Shown here: positions 8,455 through 12,189 of the stretch, in pieces
How the letters are laid out: each line of letters starts with the position of its first letter
How positions within the stretch are numbered: position 1 is the first letter of the stretch
NCBI GenBank assembly: GCA_029856365.1
Contig: JAHQWW010000117.1
Coordinates: 1-12,189, forward strand
Direction: 5' to 3'
Length of the DNA: 12,189 bases
Origin: Candidatus Hodarchaeota archaeon
GTDB lineage: Archaea; Asgardarchaeota; Heimdallarchaeia; Hodarchaeales; Hodarchaeaceae
Translations under genes and position numbers: made by a program
Notes under the pieces: model-generated
The model's input: only the letters and a program-made list of their open reading frames with translations
Told to the model about the DNA's origin: nothing
Database searches by the model: none

Positions 8455-9039
8455 ATGATACTAATGAAAGACCAATGTATTTGTCCTTATTGTGGAAAAA
8501 AGCATTCTTATCAAGAATTTCGTCCTAGAAATCAGAAGAAAAATAATCGGGTTGCGTTATTCATTGATGGAGGGAATTTATATCATGCAGCTAAAAGCCT
8601 TGGGTTTAAGGTTGATTTTCTACGGTTGAAGAATTATTTTGTTTCCAAGGAAAGAACTCTGTTCAAAGCATACTATTACTCTGCTTATGATCCCTCTGAA
8701 GGATTTATTATGAAGATCCTTGATTGGTTGAGACATAATGAATTCACGGTTGTAACCAAGGAAGTAAAGAAAATAACTCATTCGTATATAAAAGGGAATA
8801 TGGACGTGGAACTTGTTATGGACATGCTACTTAATATGGACAGCTATGATGTTGCAGTCCTATTTTCTGGAGATGGAGACTTTACTAGATGTGTTTCAGA
8901 ACTTCAAAAACATAATAAACACATTCACGTTGTAAGCACAGAAAAATCAGATCCACCATTGTTAGCTCATGAACTGAAAGCGCAAGCTAACACTTTTATT
9001 GAATTAGCGGAAATAATCCCATATATCAATCAGAGATAA
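8455..9039 (+). CDS. NYN domain (LabA/DUF88, PIN-like) putative ribonuclease with an N-terminal Cys/His motif
   Basis: Acidic motifs FIDGGN, KGNMDVELVMD and FSGDGDF; N-terminal CICPYCGKKH. ATG 8455 (or 8464) preferred over GTG 8395, which overlaps the ABC gene. Confidence 0.92.
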   Translation: MILMKDQCICPYCGKKHSYQEFRPRNQKKNNRVALFIDGGNLYHAAKSLGFKVDFLRLKNYFVSKERTLFKAYYYSAYDPSEGFIMKILDWLRHNEFTVVTKEVKKITHSYIKGNMDVELVMDMLLNMDSYDVAVLFSGDGDFTRCVSELQKHNKHIHVVSTEKSDPPLLAHELKAQANTFIELAEIIPYINQR

Positions 9040-9094
9040 TTGGTTTCTGTCATTTTTTCTCATTTTAATTATTATTTCAATTATATCTTTTAAT

Positions 9095-9377
9095 TTAGTC
9101 TATTCTTTCAATTTTAAAATAAACAGGATGAAACCAATCAGTACATTATTAGTATCCTCATTCTTCATATGGGGAACATTCCCCTCATAGACGAGTGTAA
9201 GTAAGTCATAACGAATATCAGCCCAAGCTCATTCATAGAAACCTTCTGGAGGTTTATATCTGTTTTCTTTAGTGATTATAAACTCTTGGCCGTCTTTAAA
9301 ACGGTCTCTTTGAGACATTCATTAATGATATCTTGAATTATTGTTCTTTTTATTACCGTTATTTTACAATCATACAT
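9095..9377 (-). pseudogene. TIGR04076-family protein pseudogene (two frameshifts and one nonsense codon); absent from the ORF track
   Basis: Joined frames: MYDCKITVIKRTIIQDIINECLKE / DRFKDGQEFIITKENRYKPPEGFYE*AWADIRYDLLTLVYEGNVPHMKNEDTN / CTDWFHPVYFKIERID*. This matches the family pattern as I recall it (CKITV, FxxGQEF, PEGFxxWAWADI, CTDxxxPVxFKIERI). TGA at 9229-9231 replaces a Trp codon. Confidence 0.85.
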
Positions 9378-9384
9378 GTCTATT

Positions 9385-9389
9385 TCACC
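9385..9389 (-). promoter_or_regulatory. Shine-Dalgarno site (GGTGA) of the TIGR04076 pseudogene
   Basis: Minus strand reads TGGTGAAATAGACATG: GGTGA lies 7 nt before ATG 9377. Confidence 0.6.
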
Positions 9390-9433
9390 AAAATCTCCGT
9401 CTTATCCTTCCAATTATAATTTTCTTTTTTGAA

Positions 9434-10186
9434 TTATTTAATCCCTTTATTTAAAACCCATTTTTCCCCTGGAACCATTTCTTTGAAAATTATATCATTT
9501 TCTTCGCAGGTTTTTTTCAGGGAAGAGACATCAGTCTTTCTCCTATAAAAAAGAATGTGCCATTGATGGTGACAAGGGATAACGATTTTAGGTTTTACTA
9601 TTTTTACAAAATCTGATGCTTCTTGTGGATCCATTGTCATCTGTCCTCCTATAGGAACCATCAATACATCAGGATGTTTAAATGGGGGATTATGTTTCCA
9701 TTCTGGTAAGAAGACCGTATCACCTAAGTTCATAAAAGATTTGCCTTGTAAAGAAATAATAAATCCGATGGATGAACATTTTGGGGGAGATATTTTGAAT
9801 TGTTTCTTGAGAATTCGTATATTTACTTTGCCATGAAGTACTTGAAAAGTCTTGATGGTGATACTATTTAATGTTGTTTTCTCACCTGGATATAATCCGA
9901 TAGTTCTATTGTTGGATAATTTCTTGGAATATTTTGTTTGTAAGGTTTTATGAGAGATAACATGTGCTCCTGTATGTTTCGCTATTTTTATCGCGAAATC
10001 CGCGTGGTCATCATGTTCGTGTGTAATAAAGATGTAGTTTCCATCCCATTCTTGCTTTGGAATAAGACTATTTAGTTTATTCCATTTCAAATTTCTCCCT
10101 GGATCAATGATTATGCTTAAACTACCGTCAACAATCTTGAAAGCATTATATCCATAAAAATGAATGTGTGTCAAAGGGTTTAACAA
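9434..10186 (-). CDS. MBL-fold metallo-hydrolase (UPF0173/UlaG-like)
   Basis: IIIDPG, ITHEHDDH, VLHG, LGDT, MVPIGG...TMD and PKIVIPCHH motifs; frame intact. Confidence 0.93.
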   Translation of the reverse strand: MLNPLTHIHFYGYNAFKIVDGSLSIIIDPGRNLKWNKLNSLIPKQEWDGNYIFITHEHDDHADFAIKIAKHTGAHVISHKTLQTKYSKKLSNNRTIGLYPGEKTTLNSITIKTFQVLHGKVNIRILKKQFKISPPKCSSIGFIISLQGKSFMNLGDTVFLPEWKHNPPFKHPDVLMVPIGGQMTMDPQEASDFVKIVKPKIVIPCHHQWHILFYRRKTDVSSLKKTCEENDIIFKEMVPGEKWVLNKGIK

Positions 10187-10225
10187 TACTTTTCATCACT
10201 GCTTTAATTTTTAGGAGGTTCATAA

Positions 10226-10240
10226 TTTATATTAACTTTT
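10226..10240 (-). promoter_or_regulatory. Candidate BRE-TATA promoter for the second MBL hydrolase
   Basis: Minus strand AAAAG-TTAATATAAA about 40 nt upstream of the start at 10186. Confidence 0.45.
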
Positions 10241-10291
10241 GTTTCGAGGCAGGACTTTCATTTCAAAATTTCTACTCTTAAAACAAACATA

Positions 10292-10317
10292 TATTTCTAC
10301 TCATGAGAGTAGAAATA
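10292..10317. repeat. Perfect 11-bp inverted repeat with 4-nt spacer (operator or terminator hairpin)
   Basis: TATTTCTACTC-ATGA-GAGTAGAAATA; a third half-site ATTTCTACTC lies at 10268-10277. Confidence 0.8.
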
Positions 10318-10367
10318 AATTATCTGGACAAATGTATTTTACAGATCATTTGAAATTAAAAGAGAAC

Positions 10368-10997
10368 TTATTTCTGTTGCATCTGTTTTACTATTGGCTG
10401 ACTTGGTATGGATTGAACTGGATGACTTGTTTTCTGTTTGATCATATTCCGTTTTTCTGCATATTTCATTATACTTTCCCCAAGGAGTGAGAATGCGTCT
10501 TTAATTTTCACTCCTGTTTTAGCAGACGTTTCAATATAGTGACAAGCGAACCCTTCCCGTGAAGTCATCTTGGTGAGTTTTTCAGCGAATAATCTTCCTT
10601 GTTCTGCACTTATTGTTTCTTCTCCAGACTCACGCATATCTATTTTGTTAGCTACAAAGACAATGGGTAATTTACCCCTTCCATTATTCGCCCACAGCTC
10701 TTTAACCCATTTAGGAACGTTAAAATATGAATCTGGCCTCGTTACATCAAAAACAAGAAGTGCTCCTAACGCTCCTCTGTAATAGACCCCTCTTACCCCA
10801 TCAAAACGTTCTTGCCCAGCTAAATCCCATATTTGATATCTTACAGGAGTGCCATATATGACATCATCCTTCGTAGCAAAATCAGCACCGATGGTCAAAA
10901 CATACTGGGCGTCAAACCCTTTTCCGAGGTATCGTTCACGAATGGCCGTCTTACCAACGCCGCCATCACCAATTAATACGACCTTAAGAACGATCAA
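10368..10997 (-). CDS. Rab-like small GTPase (Ras superfamily), paralog 2
   Basis: G1 GDGGVGKT, G2 TIGADF, G3 WDLAGQERF, exact RabF4 YYRGA, LVFDVT, G4 NKID, G5 ETSAK. TTG start; no in-frame ATG before the upstream stop. Confidence 0.96.
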   Translation of the reverse strand: MIVLKVVLIGDGGVGKTAIRERYLGKGFDAQYVLTIGADFATKDDVIYGTPVRYQIWDLAGQERFDGVRGVYYRGALGALLVFDVTRPDSYFNVPKWVKELWANNGRGKLPIVFVANKIDMRESGEETISAEQGRLFAEKLTKMTSREGFACHYIETSAKTGVKIKDAFSLLGESIMKYAEKRNMIKQKTSHPVQSIPSQPIVKQMQQK

Positions 10998-11013
10998 GAT
11001 ATGTCTCTCATTC

Positions 11014-11052
11014 CTATATGCTTTTAGAGAGTTTTCTATGTCCTTTTAGAGA
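11014..11052. repeat. Direct repeat, 17 bp x2, period 22
   Basis: CTATATGCTTTTAGAGA (11014-11030) versus CTATGTCCTTTTAGAGA (11036-11052), 15/17 identical. Confidence 0.65.
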
Positions 11053-11565
11053 AGGATAAATGATAATATTTTCTGAATAATTTATCCGGATGTTTTACTG
11101 ATTATCGAAATTTTCTTTCGAACAACAGAAAACTTAGAAGGTCTTTAATCATTATTATATCGGTTTTTATATTCTAAGAGAGAAATGATCAGATAAGAAT
11201 AAACTAGCTTTTCCTTCATTTGACGACAAGGCAGAAAACAAACATCGAAATTTTGAATGAATAGAATTTCCTCATAATAACCCGTCCTTTTCTAAAAATT
11301 ATCGAATAATGGTAGTATGTAACGTAGTCTTTTTAAGATAAAGATAGGTGAATTAAAACTCTACAAAGAGAGTAATATTTCATAAGTAGTCAATCTTTGG
11401 TTCAAAGAATTAATTTCATGGATTTCCCAGATGTTGGGGAAGGAACTACCAAGAAAAATCCAATGTTTTTATTATTAATCATCTAATGATTTCTAATCTC
11501 TAAAAAAATATGATAGCTGAAACAGATCGGTTACTCGTTGTTGAAAGTACTCTCTCAACTCAGTA

Positions 11566-11985
11566 TCACTTTAACCACGAATATAGCATCATTTTTTCCA
11601 GTAATGAATCATTTCCGATTCCTAGTAAAGGAAGCAATTCAGGTTTAATTTGGAACAATACATCTGTTAATGGTGTAGTATCAGGGATGTTTAGCATGTT
11701 TCTGACTGCTGTTATCTCAACCAAGAGTTCATTTAATTGACCATAATCACGTGTCGGAAGGTTAAAGACTATTCGTATTTCTTCAAACTTTTTAAAAATC
11801 CGAATCAGCTCATCTATGGGGATCTGAGGAGATAATCCTAGTTCTACCTTCATCTGTTTCAAAGTACACCAGACTTCATTGACTGCATGATCAAATAAGC
11901 GATCATCTAGTTTTAACACGATCCTAAGCTTTTTCAACTCTTCTAATTTTCTTAATTCGTTTGATAATAAATTATTTAGGAACAT
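11566..11985 (-). CDS. Hypothetical helical protein with an internal ~50-aa duplication
   Basis: 139-codon ORF with ATG start and amphipathic-helix composition; internal periodicity supports real coding; no family recognised. Confidence 0.75.
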   Translation of the reverse strand: MFLNNLLSNELRKLEELKKLRIVLKLDDRLFDHAVNEVWCTLKQMKVELGLSPQIPIDELIRIFKKFEEIRIVFNLPTRDYGQLNELLVEITAVRNMLNIPDTTPLTDVLFQIKPELLPLLGIGNDSLLEKMMLYSWLK

Positions 11986-12189
11986 TCTTATCCAACCATC
12001 TCCTTGTTATTCTCAATCACTCTGTTAATCACATTTTGATTTCATCCTGCTTTTCAAGACCAACTATGTCTCTGATAAAGAAAAACTCAATCATAATAGA
12101 TATAGTAACAACATATTCAGAAGTGACAATTTTCAATAAATATTGTCAGAAATTACTTATAACAATAACCTGGTAAGATATCATAAAAA

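Noticed and set aside
9229-9231. In-frame TGA as selenocysteine or recoded Trp
   Set aside because: It aligns to TGG (Trp) in the paralogous fragment, not Cys; TGA ends other genes here (308, 520, 1893, 3316, 8417), and the gene also has two frameshifts.
582-9303. Block between the 74-bp repeats as an integrated mobile element with att sites
   Set aside because: No integrase or transposase inside, the repeats are only 77% identical and derive from a protein gene; kept only as a possible rearrangement scar.
10267-10279. AATTTCTACTCTT matches the start of a Cas12a crRNA direct repeat
   Set aside because: The completing GTAGAT stem is absent, there is no repeat-spacer array and no cas gene in the window; better explained by the local triple half-site element.
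10239-11049. Plus-strand track ORFs 10239-10490, 10570-10782 and 10849-11049
   Set aside because: Antisense to GTPase 2, with no recognisable protein features.
11510-12176. Plus-strand track ORFs 11510-11740 and 11961-12176
   Set aside because: They overlap the better-supported minus-strand repeat protein or AT-rich intergenic DNA, with no motifs.

Overview
AT-rich archaeal-type chromosomal window, most likely from an Asgard archaeon (inference from two Rab-like small GTPases and GGTGA-type ribosome-binding sites; Heimdallarchaeia/Hodarchaeales is my best guess). Left to right: DUF2178-like membrane protein, XRE HTH regulator, a 74-bp gene remnant, site-2 protease (M50 + CBS pair), a doubly frameshifted DUF302 gene, Rab-like GTPase 1, a frameshifted MBL-fold hydrolase, a heterodimeric ABC exporter with one degenerate ATPase site, a NYN/LabA-DUF88 nuclease with an N-terminal Cys3-His motif, a TIGR04076-family pseudogene missed by the ORF track, a second MBL-fold hydrolase, Rab-like GTPase 2 (~66% identical to GTPase 1) and an orphan protein with internal repeats. 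The most striking structure is that the Rab / MBL hydrolase / TIGR04076 trio occurs twice, on either side of the ABC-NYN block. No CRISPR array, tRNA, rRNA or transposase was seen. Family names come from motif recognition and were not checked by database search.
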